From an uncultured bacterium (GTDB lineage: Bacteria; Patescibacteriota; JABMPQ01; CAVVCK01), in contig CAVVCK010000002.1 of the NCBI GenBank assembly GCA_963746775.1, positions 431,656-495,655 on the forward strand: a stretch of 64,000 bases of DNA, read 5' to 3'. The translations under genes were made by a program, and so were the position numbers. This document shows positions 43,616 to 53,396 of this stretch, piece after piece. Each line of letters begins with the position of its first letter. The first letter of the stretch is position 1. The notes beneath the pieces were generated by a model that had not been told where the DNA came from, did not search any database, and saw only the letters and a list, made by a program, of their open reading frames with translations.

Positions 43616-44005
43616 TTAATAAATATAACAAACAACTTCTCCGCCTAAATTATTCTTTTTAGCATTTTTATTAGTCATTAAGCCCTTGGAAGTTGAGATA
43701 ATAGCTACTCCCAAACCATTTAATACATTTGGCAGATTAGCTTTATTTACATAAATTCTTTGTCCTGGTTTGCTTATTTTTCTAATCTTTTGGATTATTG
43801 ATCTTTTTTGTGAATCGTATTTCAATTCTAAAATAATTTCTTTAGGAAATTTATCTTTTACTTTAATAGACTTAATATATCCTTCTTCTTTTAAAATTTT
43901 AGCTAAAGAATTTTTTTCTTTAGACATAGGAATAGAAACCACAGCCAGTTTTGCATTCTGGGCGTTTCTAATTCTGGTTAACATGTCAGATATTGGATCG
44001 GTCAT
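43616..44005 (-). CDS. rpsH: 30S ribosomal protein S8
   Basis: MTDPISDMLTRIRNA. Confidence 0.95.
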   Translation of the reverse strand: MTDPISDMLTRIRNAQNAKLAVVSIPMSKEKNSLAKILKEEGYIKSIKVKDKFPKEIILELKYDSQKRSIIQKIRKISKPGQRIYVNKANLPNVLNGLGVAIISTSKGLMTNKNAKKNNLGGEVVCYIY

Positions 44006-44074
44006 ATTTATTCTTTAAAAACATTAAACTTTAAATATAAAACTATAAGAAAAAACAACTACTATTCTTAACTT

Positions 44075-44266
44075 TTACCAACTAGATTTTTTAACACCAG
44101 GAATTTCTCCGTTTGATGCTAGCTCACGAAAATGAATTCTGCAAACACCATATTTTCTCATATAACCATGAATTCTGCCACAACCAGGAATTTTACACCT
44201 ATTTATTTTTCTAGTGCTAAACTTTGGTTTTTTTTCTGCTTTTGCAATTAATGCTGTTCTAGCCAT
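44075..44266 (-). CDS. rpsN: 30S ribosomal protein S14 (short, type-Z-like)
   Basis: 63 aa ending GVKKSSW. Metal ligands are C-x4-C...C-x2-H. Confidence 0.9.
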   Translation of the reverse strand: MARTALIAKAEKKPKFSTRKINRCKIPGCGRIHGYMRKYGVCRIHFRELASNGEIPGVKKSSW

Positions 44267-44277
44267 ATTTTATTTAA

Positions 44278-44820
44278 TTATTCTTTTTTCTTAAATGGAA
44301 ATCCATATAATTCTAATAACTTCTTTACTTCTTCGTCTTTCTTAGCATTGGTTGTTATACATACTTCCAACCCATAAACCCTCTCTACATCGCTTGAACC
44401 TACTTCTGGAAAAACAGTGTGCTCCTTGAATCCTATGGAATAATTGCCAGATCCATCAAAACTTTTAGTAGATATACCTCTAAAATCTCTAACACGAGGA
44501 AATACTACATTGATTAACTTATTCAAAAATTCATACATATATTCTCCGCGCAAAGTTACTTTTAATCCTATTACTTGTCCTTCTCTTATAGAAAAACCAG
44601 ATATAGCTTTTTTTGCTGTAGTTTTAACTGGAGCTTGTCCTGTAATTTTTTTAATAGTCTCAATTACCTCATCAATATATTTAGTTTCTTTTAAAAATGG
44701 TCCAAGTCCAACATTTACAGTTACTTTCTTAATATTAGGTACTTGTAGATTATTTTTAAAACCAAACTTTTCCTTCATTTTCGGTACTATTTCTTTTTTG
44801 TATCTTTCCTTTAATGTCAT
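44278..44820 (-). CDS. rplE: 50S ribosomal protein L5
   Basis: LKERYKKEIVPKMKEKFGFKN. Confidence 0.95.
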   Translation of the reverse strand: MTLKERYKKEIVPKMKEKFGFKNNLQVPNIKKVTVNVGLGPFLKETKYIDEVIETIKKITGQAPVKTTAKKAISGFSIREGQVIGLKVTLRGEYMYEFLNKLINVVFPRVRDFRGISTKSFDGSGNYSIGFKEHTVFPEVGSSDVERVYGLEVCITTNAKKDEEVKKLLELYGFPFKKKE

Positions 44821-44829
44821 AAATATTTA

Positions 44830-45153
44830 CTAAATTACGTTTTTACATTTTTTACAAATTCTTGTCTTCTTTTTATCTTGAATCTTTGTTCCAACTCTTA
44901 CTGGTTTATTGCACTTTGAACAAAATATCATAGCGTTAGAGCTAGATATAGGCGCATTAAATTCAATTCTCTCACCTTTTTCCTTGCCTTTTCTTTGCTT
45001 TAAATGTTTGTACATCTTATTTACACCTTCAACTACAACTTTGTTATTTTCAGAAAATATCTGCAAAACTTTGCCTTTTTTACCTCTATCTTTTCCATTA
45101 ATAACTACTACTATATCGTCTTTTTTTATCTTCATAATATTTATACTTAACAT
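44830..45153 (-). CDS. rplX: 50S ribosomal protein L24 with a C-terminal CxxC...CxxC extension (likely start at 45135)
   Basis: MKIKKDDIVVVINGKDRGKKGKV, then CSKC...CKKC. Confidence 0.9.
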   Translation of the reverse strand: MLSINIMKIKKDDIVVVINGKDRGKKGKVLQIFSENNKVVVEGVNKMYKHLKQRKGKEKGERIEFNAPISSSNAMIFCSKCNKPVRVGTKIQDKKKTRICKKCKNVI

Positions 45154-45172
45154 AAATCATTAACTATGTAAT

Positions 45173-45250
45173 TATCCGCTTTATCCGCCAAATCCGCTAT
45201 ATCCGTAAACTACAAATAGCGGATAAAGCGGATTCTGCGGATAGACGGAA
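45173..45250. repeat. Family-B word hairpin, copy B2, between rplN and rplX
   Basis: ATCCGCTTTATCCGCCAAATCCGCTATATCCGTAAAC...AGCGGATAAAGCGGATTCTGCGGATAGACGGAAAA. Confidence 0.75.
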
Positions 45251-45280
45251 AAAACATACTGATAAATTTTATAATCTACT

Positions 45281-45649
45281 CTATAATACTTCTGGTGCTA
45301 ATGAAATAATTTTCATATAGCCAGCTTTTCTAACTTCACGAGCAATTGGACCAAATATACGACTTCCTTTTGGCTCTTTTCCATCCAATATAACTGCTGC
45401 ATTATCATCAAATCTAACAAAACTACCGTCTGCTCTAGTAAACTCTTTTCTTTGCCTGACAATCACAGCCTTTACTACTTCCTTTTTCTTAACTATACCA
45501 CGAGGTAGAGCTTCTTTTACTGAGGCAACTATAATTTCTCCTATTCCAGCATAAGTTTTTTTATTCCCACCAGGTAGAACTTGAATACACTTAATTACTT
45601 TTGCTCCGGTATTATCAGCTACTATTAGCTTTGTTCCTTTTTGTATCAT
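45281..45649 (-). CDS. rplN: 50S ribosomal protein L14
   Basis: [17 protein letters not shown]. Confidence 0.95.
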   Translation of the reverse strand: MIQKGTKLIVADNTGAKVIKCIQVLPGGNKKTYAGIGEIIVASVKEALPRGIVKKKEVVKAVIVRQRKEFTRADGSFVRFDDNAAVILDGKEPKGSRIFGPIAREVRKAGYMKIISLAPEVL

Positions 45650-45658
45650 ATAAATAAA

Positions 45659-45916
45659 TTATTTAACAATTTTTACAACTCTCCATCTTTTATCTCTTGA
45701 TAGGGGCCGACATTCTCTAATTATAACTTTATCTCCTTCATGATATTCATTCTTCTCATCGTGAGCTTTGTATTTTTTAGTTATTTTATATCTTTTCTTG
45801 TATAATCTGTGTGTTTTAAAAGTATCAACTGCTACCACAACAGTTTTATCTGCTTTATCACTTACAATAACACCCGTTAAATTCCTATATATTTTATTAA
45901 CTTTTTTATTATCCAT
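45659..45916 (-). CDS. rpsQ: 30S ribosomal protein S17
   Basis: GVIVSDKADKTVVVAV...KYKAHDE. Confidence 0.93.
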   Translation of the reverse strand: MDNKKVNKIYRNLTGVIVSDKADKTVVVAVDTFKTHRLYKKRYKITKKYKAHDEKNEYHEGDKVIIRECRPLSRDKRWRVVKIVK

Positions 45917-45924
45917 AATTTTAC

Positions 45925-46140
45925 TTATTTACTTTCGTTAGATACTTTTTCTAATAATATCTTTTCTTTCATAATAGTTAAAATTTGACTTATACCTTTC
46001 TTAATTTTATCTACTTTTTTATAATCTTTAACTTGTCTTGAAGCAACTTTAAATCTGACTTCACGCAATTCATTCCTCTGTTCTGCTAAAAGCTTATGTA
46101 ATTCTTTATTAGTCTTTTTTCTTATTTCTTCTACTTTCAT
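45925..46140 (-). CDS. rpmC: 50S ribosomal protein L29
   Basis: Position between S17 and L16. ELREVRFKVASRQ. Confidence 0.9.
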   Translation of the reverse strand: MKVEEIRKKTNKELHKLLAEQRNELREVRFKVASRQVKDYKKVDKIKKGISQILTIMKEKILLEKVSNESK

Positions 46141-46149
46141 TATTTTTAT

Positions 46150-46566
46150 CTATTGTTCTTTTGATACAAACTTAGTTTTAATTGGTAATTTATTGGAAGC
46201 AAGTCTCATTGCTTCTTTAGCAATGTCAAAACTTACACCATCCATTTCAAATACAATTCTGCCCGGTTTTACTGGTACTACATAATGGTCAACTGCGCCC
46301 TTTCCCTTACCCATAGGAACTTCAGCACCTTTCATAGTAACTGGCTTATCTGGAAATATTCTAATCCAGACCTTTCCACCTCTTTGAATAAAACGTGTCA
46401 TTGCTCGCCTAGCTGCCTCAATCTGACGTGAAGTAATCCATTTTTGCTCTAAAGCTTTCAATCCATAAGTTCCAAAATCTAAATTACATCCAGCCTTAGA
46501 TTTACCTTTGGTTCTTCTGGTTCCCTTATGCCATTTTCTATGTTTTACTTTCTTAGGAATTAACAT
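46150..46566 (-). CDS. rplP: 50S ribosomal protein L16
   Basis: [15 protein letters not shown]. Confidence 0.95.
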   Translation of the reverse strand: MLIPKKVKHRKWHKGTRRTKGKSKAGCNLDFGTYGLKALEQKWITSRQIEAARRAMTRFIQRGGKVWIRIFPDKPVTMKGAEVPMGKGKGAVDHYVVPVKPGRIVFEMDGVSFDIAKEAMRLASNKLPIKTKFVSKEQ

Positions 46567-46574
46567 ATATATAA

Positions 46575-47240
46575 TTATTTCTTATCCTTATTTTTACTTT
46601 TATTAAAAATCTCACCTTTATAAATCCAAACTTTAATACCTATAATACCATATGTCGTTAAAGCATTGTACTTAGCAAAGTCTACATTAGCGCGCAGCGT
46701 ATGTAAAGGAATTTTTCCTTCGGCTAACCATTCTCTTCTGGCAATATCAACTCCTCCAAGACGTCCAGCTACCATAATTTTAATTCCTTCTACATCCCTT
46801 GCCTGCATTGATTTTTCTATAGCTTTCTTTAAAGCTTTTCTATATGATATTCTTTTTTCTAACTGTTCAGCAATATTTTGGGCAACCAGATTAGCGTTTT
46901 CTTCTGGGTTCTTTATTTCTTTAATATTTATTTCAACTTTAGATTTTTTTGAAGATATAAGCTTCTTAGCATCTTTCTTTAATTCTTCTACCCCTACACC
47001 CGATCTGCCAATAATTATACCTGGTCTAGAAGAATAAATATTAATTTTTACAACTTGTGGACCTCGTTCTATCTGACAATCAGCAACACCAGCATTTTTT
47101 AATTTTTTATTTATAAAATCCTTTAACTTAAGGTCTTCAAGAAAATAATTTCTATATTTTTTGCCATCAGCAAACCACTTAGAATGCCAAGTCTTATTTA
47201 TACCTAAACGAAAACTAATTGGATTTATTTTGTGTCCCAT
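46575..47240 (-). CDS. rpsC: 30S ribosomal protein S3
   Basis: [24 protein letters not shown]. Confidence 0.95.
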   Translation of the reverse strand: MGHKINPISFRLGINKTWHSKWFADGKKYRNYFLEDLKLKDFINKKLKNAGVADCQIERGPQVVKINIYSSRPGIIIGRSGVGVEELKKDAKKLISSKKSKVEINIKEIKNPEENANLVAQNIAEQLEKRISYRKALKKAIEKSMQARDVEGIKIMVAGRLGGVDIARREWLAEGKIPLHTLRANVDFAKYNALTTYGIIGIKVWIYKGEIFNKSKNKDKK

Positions 47241-47258
47241 AATAAATTTTTAAAATTA

Positions 47259-47798
47259 TTATACGCTCTTACGTCTAAATATTTTCTTTAATACTCCACC
47301 ATTTCTAGATGGTTTAGTATTTCTTTTATTATTTATATCAAATTTATTTTTCTTCTTATCGTTTCTATTATCTTTATTATCCTTATCATCTTTTTCATTT
47401 TTTAGATTAGTCTGAGTTATGGTTTTTTTATCTTTTACTATACTTTTAGCTTTTTTTTTGCCAGCTACCCTTTCATCTAAAACTAAGGTAACATGCGAAG
47501 TTCTTTTTATTATTGGATTAGCCCTGCCAAAAGCTCTTGGTTTCCATCTCTTCAATACAGCACCTCCATCTACAAAAACCTTACTAATATATAGATTGCT
47601 TTTTTCCATACTATAATTATGTTCTGCTGTAGCTACTGCTGAATTTAATAATTTTAAAATTGGTAAAGATGCTTTTTTTCTTAGATTTTTCAATTGCATC
47701 TCACCTTTTTCTACATCTAATCCCCTAATCAAATCAACTACCAAGCGGCATTTCTGAGGAGACATATGTAAATGTTTTGATTTACTAGTTAATTTCAT
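47259..47798 (-). CDS. rplV: 50S ribosomal protein L22 with a roughly 65-aa Lys/Asp-rich C-terminal extension
   Basis: SPQKCRLVVDLIRG. Tail reads KDDKDNKDNRNDKKKNK... Confidence 0.93.
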   Translation of the reverse strand: MKLTSKSKHLHMSPQKCRLVVDLIRGLDVEKGEMQLKNLRKKASLPILKLLNSAVATAEHNYSMEKSNLYISKVFVDGGAVLKRWKPRAFGRANPIIKRTSHVTLVLDERVAGKKKAKSIVKDKKTITQTNLKNEKDDKDNKDNRNDKKKNKFDINNKRNTKPSRNGGVLKKIFRRKSV

Positions 47799-47816
47799 AA
47801 TTATTGAATATCAATA

Positions 47817-48149
47817 TTATTCTTTTTTATCTTTTACTGGAGCAGCAGGTGCTGATTCTTTTACCTTTGCTTCTGCTTCTTCTTCTTTAGCCATTCTGCC
47901 ACCATGTACTACGAATTTCTTAGTAGGTGAAAATTCACCTAATTTATGCCCCACCATTTCTTCTGTTATAAATACAGGAATATGTTCTTTCCCATTATGA
48001 ACACCTAAAGTAAAATTGATCATTTCAGGAAAAATGGTTGATCTTCTAGACCAGGTTTTAATGATTCTTTTATCTCCTGGCTTTAGGTCTTTAATTTTTT
48101 TTAATAACTTAGGATCACAGAATGGTCCTTTTTTAAGTGATCTGGACAT
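47817..48149 (-). CDS. rpsS: 30S ribosomal protein S19
   Basis: [16 protein letters not shown]. Confidence 0.95.
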   Translation of the reverse strand: MSRSLKKGPFCDPKLLKKIKDLKPGDKRIIKTWSRRSTIFPEMINFTLGVHNGKEHIPVFITEEMVGHKLGEFSPTKKFVVHGGRMAKEEEAEAKVKESAPAAPVKDKKE

Positions 48150-48153
48150 AATA

Positions 48154-48996
48154 TTATTTTCTTCTTTTAATAATCAATTTACTTGATCTCTTTTTCTTAT
48201 TTCTTGTCTTAACACCGATGGCTGGCTTACCCCAAGGTGTTTTAGGATGTTTCATACCTATCGGAGTTGATCCTTCACCACCACCATGCGGATGATCAAC
48301 TGGATTCATTGCTTTACCTCTGACGTGCGGTCTAATACCTTTCCATCTTTTTCTACCTGCTTTACCTATCTCTATATTAATATGTTCTACATTACTTACT
48401 TGGCCAACAGTTGCCATACAACTAGATAATATATTTCTTACCTCACCCGAAGAAAGTTTTACCTGGGCATATTTATTCTCTATAGACATTAACTGAACTT
48501 GTGAACCAGCACTTTTGGCTAACTGTGAACCTCTACCAGGGTAAAGTTCTATTTCAGAAATAAATGTACCTGTTGGAATATATTTCATAGGCATTCTATT
48601 ACCTATATTTGCATCTATTTTCTTTTTAGATGATAAAATTTTGTCTCCTACTTTAATTAATTCAGGAGCAACTATATAACTTTTTTTACCATCTTCATAT
48701 TTAATTAAAGCAATAAAAGCGGTCCTATTTGGATCATACTCTAGGGCAATTACTTCTGTAATCTCATCATATCTACTTCTTTTGAAATCAACTATTCTAT
48801 ATCTTCTACTATTACCACCACCTCTGTGTCTCGAAGTAACTCTACCAGTACTTTTACTTCTGCCAGTTTTTTTTCTGGATTTCAATAATAAAGATTTCTC
48901 CGGTTTTTTCTTTGTTAGAACACTATAATCAACCGTTTTCATATAACGTCTCGATGGGGTTGTTGGTTTGTAAGTTTTTACTGACATATCTAACAA
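48154..48996 (-). CDS. rplB: 50S ribosomal protein L2
   Basis: [22 protein letters not shown]. Confidence 0.95.
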   Translation of the reverse strand: MLDMSVKTYKPTTPSRRYMKTVDYSVLTKKKPEKSLLLKSRKKTGRSKSTGRVTSRHRGGGNSRRYRIVDFKRSRYDEITEVIALEYDPNRTAFIALIKYEDGKKSYIVAPELIKVGDKILSSKKKIDANIGNRMPMKYIPTGTFISEIELYPGRGSQLAKSAGSQVQLMSIENKYAQVKLSSGEVRNILSSCMATVGQVSNVEHINIEIGKAGRKRWKGIRPHVRGKAMNPVDHPHGGGEGSTPIGMKHPKTPWGKPAIGVKTRNKKKRSSKLIIKRRK

Positions 48997-49037
48997 TTAA
49001 TAATTGATAATAAATAATGAAAATGAAATTAGTTATT

Positions 49038-49096
49038 TAGAAAATAGAAATTTGTAATAGATATTAGAAACTAGAATTACAAATTTCTATTTTCTA
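49038..49096. repeat. Family-A hairpin A4: perfect 21-bp stem TAGAAAATAGAAATTTGTAAT / ATTACAAATTTCTATTTTCTA with a 17-nt loop, between rplW and rplB
   Basis: Arms at 49038-49058 and 49076-49096 verified base by base. Confidence 0.85.
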
Positions 49097-49181
49097 CTTT
49101 CAATTACCCTTTTCTAGTTTCTGTACATCCAGTTTCATGTAAAATATTTTAAATGTGATCACTTTCAATAACAAATATAAT

Positions 49182-49574
49182 TTATACACCATCATATATC
49201 TGAATCGTCTGTCCTTTAGGTAAAGCTACTATAGCTTTTTTGTAAGTAGATGTCCTGCCTTGTACTTTGCCATATCTTCGCTCTTTTCCACCAACCTTTA
49301 TAGTATTAATACTTATTGGTTTTATTCCATAAACATCTTTAATTGCCTGACTTATTTCTTTTTTATTAGCTTTATTTGATACTATAAAAATATATTTATT
49401 CTCTTCACTTAAATAAGTTGCTTTCTCAGAAATTTGGGGATAAAGTAAAATTTTGTGAGCATTGCTTTCAATTTTAGCTTTCGATTTTTCAACCTTTTTA
49501 GGAGTTTTCTTTTTGCTATCTTTCTTTTTACTATCAACTTTTTCTTCTTTTTTAAATTTATCTAAAATACTCAT
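49182..49574 (-). CDS. rplW: 50S ribosomal protein L23 with a Lys-rich N-terminal extension
   Basis: ILLYPQISEKATYL...IFIVSNKANKKEI. Confidence 0.92.
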   Translation of the reverse strand: MSILDKFKKEEKVDSKKKDSKKKTPKKVEKSKAKIESNAHKILLYPQISEKATYLSEENKYIFIVSNKANKKEISQAIKDVYGIKPISINTIKVGGKERRYGKVQGRTSTYKKAIVALPKGQTIQIYDGV

Positions 49575-49583
49575 TTTATAAAT

Positions 49584-50216
49584 TTATTGTTTATAATTAT
49601 TTTGCAAATTTTCTACAGCCTGAACAGTCATTAAAAGTGAATCATATTTTAAAATATCATATAAATTTAGACTTTCGGTAGTAGTTAATTTCATCTTAGG
49701 AGCATTCTTAATAGACTTTAATATTGTTTTATCTTGTATTCCTAAAACTACTAAAGCATTTTCATTTTTAACTGGTAATTTATTAATACTTTTTACAAAT
49801 TCCTTAGTGCTAATTTTCTTCATTTTTAATTCATCAACTAAAATCAATTTTTTATCATTTACTTTAGAACTCAGAGTCATGAATAAAGCTTTTTTTCTTT
49901 CTTTCTTGTTAATTTTTTTCTTGAAATTAATATTAGAACTTGGTCCAAAAGTAACACCACCACCAACCCAGATAGGAGATCTATTTGATCCATGACGTGC
50001 TCTGCCTGTACCTTTTTGTTTCCATGGTTTTCTACCACCACCTCTTACTTCACTTCTATCTTTTACGTGTGCTACTACGTTTCTTTTATTGGAAAGATGA
50101 GCAACTACAACCTTATGAATAACTTCTTTTTTTACTTCAATATCAAAAATATCCTTATCTAAATCTAGATCTTTTACTTTCTTACCTTCCATATTGTAAA
50201 CTGTAACTTTCGCCAT
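49584..50216 (-). CDS. rplD: 50S ribosomal protein L4
   Basis: RGGGRKPWKQKGTGRARHGS. Confidence 0.95.
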   Translation of the reverse strand: MAKVTVYNMEGKKVKDLDLDKDIFDIEVKKEVIHKVVVAHLSNKRNVVAHVKDRSEVRGGGRKPWKQKGTGRARHGSNRSPIWVGGGVTFGPSSNINFKKKINKKERKKALFMTLSSKVNDKKLILVDELKMKKISTKEFVKSINKLPVKNENALVVLGIQDKTILKSIKNAPKMKLTTTESLNLYDILKYDSLLMTVQAVENLQNNYKQ

Positions 50217-50217
50217 T

Positions 50218-50832
50218 TTATGATTTTATAAAAACTAAACTTTCTCTAGCACCAGGAATACCACCTTTTAAAATAATTAAATTTTTATCAACATCTAAAT
50301 CTATAACTTCAGAATTTAAGGTTACTTTATCTCCGCCCATTCTACCAGCCATCCTTAAACCTTTTATAACATGTTCAGGATAACCAGCACCGATTGAACC
50401 AGGTTTTCTTAAATCATGTTTGTGACCATGTGTTTTTGGAGATCCATGAAATTTATGTCTCTTAACAACTCCAGCGAATCCCATACCTTTTGATTTAGCA
50501 ATAATTTTCACTTTATCCCCTTTTTCGAAAACATCAACTTTTATTTCTTGTCCTTCTTTAACATCATTCAATTCATCTACTCTTAATTCTCTTAGATATC
50601 TTAATTTGTCTTTTCCTTTTAATGCTTTATTCAAATGTCCTGTTCTTGGTTTATTATTTTTTGCAGTTTCGGAAAAACCAATTTGTAAACTATTATATCC
50701 TTCTTTTTCAACTTTTTTTATTTGGGTAACATAACAAGGTCCAGCAGTAACTAAAGTAACAGGAATAGCTTTCCCTTTTTCGTTATAAATTCTGCTCATT
50801 CCAATTTTTTTTCCTATAATTACTTTATACAT
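50218..50832 (-). CDS. rplC: 50S ribosomal protein L3
   Basis: GKKIGMSRIY...FAGVVKRHKFHG. Confidence 0.95.
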   Translation of the reverse strand: MYKVIIGKKIGMSRIYNEKGKAIPVTLVTAGPCYVTQIKKVEKEGYNSLQIGFSETAKNNKPRTGHLNKALKGKDKLRYLRELRVDELNDVKEGQEIKVDVFEKGDKVKIIAKSKGMGFAGVVKRHKFHGSPKTHGHKHDLRKPGSIGAGYPEHVIKGLRMAGRMGGDKVTLNSEVIDLDVDKNLIILKGGIPGARESLVFIKS

Positions 50833-50853
50833 AATAAAATAATATTAAATTAA

Positions 50854-50914
50854 TTCCGCGCTATCCGCAAACTAAGTTATTGCGGATGATACGGATAAAG
50901 CGGATTACGCGGAT
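50854..50914. repeat. Family-B word hairpin, copy B3 (short left arm), in the rpsJ-rplC spacer
   Basis: TTCCGCGCTATCCGCAA...TTGCGGATGATACGGATAAAGCGGATTACGCGGATC. Confidence 0.65.
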
Positions 50915-50951
50915 CAATAAATTACGTAAATTAATATTTACCTATCAAAAA

Positions 50952-51001
50952 CCGGAAATTTAAGAAGCCAGAAAACATACGCCGGCTTCTAAAATTTCCG
51001 G
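50952..51001. repeat. 18-bp stem-loop CCGGAAATTTAAGAAGCC / GGCTTCTAAAATTTCCGG (one mismatch)
   Basis: Read directly. In the rpsJ-rplC spacer. Confidence 0.7.
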
Positions 51002-51072
51002 ACCTTGCTTACTTTAAATTTACTAAATAACAATAAAATAATTATTTAGTAAATTCTTTAGCTTATACTTTT

Positions 51073-51096
51073 AAGTCCCGATTTTAATCGGAACTT
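51073..51096. terminator. Small stem-loop AAGTCCCGAT ttta ATCGGAACTT just after the rpsJ stop
   Basis: Read directly. One C/A mismatch. Confidence 0.4.
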
Positions 51097-51111
51097 TAAT
51101 TATAAACTATC

Positions 51112-51441
51112 CTACATTTTAATCTCAATATCAACTCCAGCTGGTAAATTCAGATTAGTTAATGCTTCAATAGTATCTGGCTTCGGTTTTAAAATATCAA
51201 TCAATCTTTTATGAATTCTCATTTCAAATTGCTCTCTGGCATCTTTATGAACAAAGGTAGATTTATTAACTGTCTCTACTCTTTTCTCTGTAGGCAGAGG
51301 GACTGGCCCGCAAATCTCCGCCCCAGTTCTCTTGGCTGTTTCTACAATTTGAATAACTGCTTGATCAATTATCTTATGATCAAATGCTTTAATTTTTATT
51401 CTTATTCTTTGGGTTATCTCTTCTTCTTGGTTTTTAGACAT
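51112..51441 (-). CDS. rpsJ: 30S ribosomal protein S10
   Basis: [18 protein letters not shown]. Confidence 0.95.
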   Translation of the reverse strand: MSKNQEEEITQRIRIKIKAFDHKIIDQAVIQIVETAKRTGAEICGPVPLPTEKRVETVNKSTFVHKDAREQFEMRIHKRLIDILKPKPDTIEALTNLNLPAGVDIEIKM

Positions 51442-51468
51442 TTTAATTAAAAGGTACTATTCAATTAA

Positions 51469-52659
51469 TTATTTAATAATTTTAGTAACCACACCAGCTC
51501 CAACCGTCTTGCTACCTTCTCGGATAGCAAACTTTTGTTTTTCTTCCATAGCAATTGGTGCTCCAAGCTTTACATTTAAATTAGCTGTATCACCAGGCAT
51601 AACCATTTCTGTACCTGCGGGTAATTCTACTTCTCCTGTTACATCAGTAGTTCTGAAATAAAATTGTGGCTTATATCCTTTAGCGAAAGCTGTATGTCTT
51701 CCACCTTCTTCTTTAGTTAGAGCATAAATTTCTGCTGAAAATTCAGTATGAGGAGTAATTGTCCCCGGTTTAGCTAAAACTTGACCTCGCTCTACATCTT
51801 CTTTCTTTGTTCCACGAAGCAGAATACCTGCGTTATCACCTGCTTGGCCTTCATCTAATTGTTTATTAAACATTTCAATTCCTGTCACAACTGTCTTTGG
51901 AGTATCTTTAAGACCAACTATTTCAACTTCATCATTTAAATTAACTTTTCCTCGCTCAATTCTACCAGTCACAACTGTACCACGTCCTTCAATTGAGAAA
52001 ATGTCTTCGATTGGCATTAAGAAAGGTTGATCAACATCTCTTTTTGGTTCTGGAATATATGAATCTAACTTTTCGAATAATTCTAAAATTGGTTTAGCAT
52101 CATCACCTGTTGGATTTTCTAAAGCTTTTAGAGCCGAACCACGAATGATGGGTATTTCATCGCCAGGATATTCATATTTTTTCAATAAATCTCTTACTTC
52201 CTCTTCAACTAAATCAACTAATTCAGGATCATCAACCTGATCAACTTTATTCAAAAATACAATAATAGAAGGGACACCAATTTGATGAGCTAATAAAATA
52301 TGTTCTCTCGTTTGAGGCATGGGACCATCAGTAGCAGAGACTACTAGAATTGCACCGTCCATTTGAGCAGCACCTGTAATCATATTTTTAATATAATCAG
52401 CATGGCCTGGACAATCAACGTGGGCGTAATGTCTTTTTTCAGTCTCATATTCACAGTGAGCAGTAGCAATAGTAATTCCTCTTTCTCTCTCTTCAGGTGC
52501 GGCGTCAATTTGATCAACTCCTTTTTCCTGAGCTTTTCCTTTACCAGAAGCATTTAAAACTTTAAGCATAGCGGCTGTTAGCGTAGTTTTACCATGGTCA
52601 ACATGACCAATTGTACCAACATTAATGTGAGGTTTTCCTCTTTCAAATTTATCTGCCAT
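51469..52659 (-). CDS. tuf: Elongation factor Tu
   Basis: [22 protein letters not shown]. Confidence 0.98.
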   Translation of the reverse strand: MADKFERGKPHINVGTIGHVDHGKTTLTAAMLKVLNASGKGKAQEKGVDQIDAAPEERERGITIATAHCEYETEKRHYAHVDCPGHADYIKNMITGAAQMDGAILVVSATDGPMPQTREHILLAHQIGVPSIIVFLNKVDQVDDPELVDLVEEEVRDLLKKYEYPGDEIPIIRGSALKALENPTGDDAKPILELFEKLDSYIPEPKRDVDQPFLMPIEDIFSIEGRGTVVTGRIERGKVNLNDEVEIVGLKDTPKTVVTGIEMFNKQLDEGQAGDNAGILLRGTKKEDVERGQVLAKPGTITPHTEFSAEIYALTKEEGGRHTAFAKGYKPQFYFRTTDVTGEVELPAGTEMVMPGDTANLNVKLGAPIAMEEKQKFAIREGSKTVGAGVVTKIIK

Positions 52660-52701
52660 TTTTTTATTTTTAGTTAATAGTTATATAAAATATTAGTTTA
52701 T

Positions 52702-52729
52702 ATTATAGCTGTAAATTTACTTATGTCAA
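52702..52729 (-). promoter_or_regulatory. Consensus promoter TTGACA-N16-TATAAT upstream of tuf
   Basis: Minus strand has TTGACA at 52729..52724 and TATAAT at 52707..52702. Confidence 0.6.
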
Positions 52730-52747
52730 ATGTTTTTTGGGCTTTTT

Positions 52748-52856
52748 CACAGTATTAATATACCAATTTATGCGAATTATACGAATAAATACTTGATTAG
52801 TATTATTAATATCAATTAGTATGCTTATCTCGAGTATTTTCGAGAGATTAGCATCG
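52748..52856. repeat. Family-C word element, copy C3
   Basis: AGTATTAATATACCAATTTATGCGAATTATACGAAT...GATTAGTATTATTAAT...GATTAGCATCG. Shares its ends and words with C1 and C2. Confidence 0.55.
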
Positions 52857-52861
52857 AAATA

Positions 52862-53191
52862 TTAGAAATCATCATCTAGATCTTCATATAGATATTGGGT
52901 TTCATTTTTTAAATCTTCATCAGTAGAATCGCCTGTTAAAAAATGATCATCTAGATTTTTTTCCTCTTCATTTTGACTAGCGTGCCAAATAGCTATATCT
53001 TTATTGATTTTCTCTACTAATTCTTCTTTAGACATTTCTCCTATAAAAACATTTTCTGAATTAGAGACTATTTTCTTATATTCCTTAATATCCATTAATA
53101 CATATGAGGGTTTACCTTCTTCTACAATAATATACTTACCACTAGAATTTTTTAATAGATCAATAATTTCGGAAAAATCTTTTGAATTCAT
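52862..53191 (-). CDS. Hypothetical acidic 109-aa protein between fusA and tuf. The N-terminal third resembles Phd/YefM-type antitoxin folds.
   Basis: SGKYIIVEEGKPSYVLMDIKEYKKI, then an acidic tail ending YEDLDDDF. Confidence 0.55.
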   Translation of the reverse strand: MNSKDFSEIIDLLKNSSGKYIIVEEGKPSYVLMDIKEYKKIVSNSENVFIGEMSKEELVEKINKDIAIWHASQNEEEKNLDDHFLTGDSTDEDLKNETQYLYEDLDDDF

Positions 53192-53272
53192 AAAATTATG
53201 TTAAATTATTTATATTATTTCTTTTATTGTAATCTATCAATAAAGACAAATCTAATATAAATATTGAAATAT

Positions 53273-53396
53273 ATAGAAACTTATTGAAATTCACAGAAAT
53301 TAATTGTTGTTTACCATGTACTCAGAAAAACAACAACGAATTTCCTATACTTCGACAAACTCAGCACAAGATTTCTATTAATTTCTAAGTTTCTAT
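53273..53396. repeat. Nested long hairpin downstream of fusA
   Basis: Outer ATAGAAACTTATTGAAATT / AATTTCTAAGTTTCTAT. Inner GAAATTAATTGTTGTTT / AAACAACAACGAATTTC. The right arm overlaps the fusA stop codon. Confidence 0.6.

Noticed and set aside
50952-51001. SRP (4.5S) RNA in the rpsJ-rplC spacer.
   Set aside because: The hairpin lacks the domain IV symmetric and asymmetric loops and the GNRA tetraloop, on either strand.
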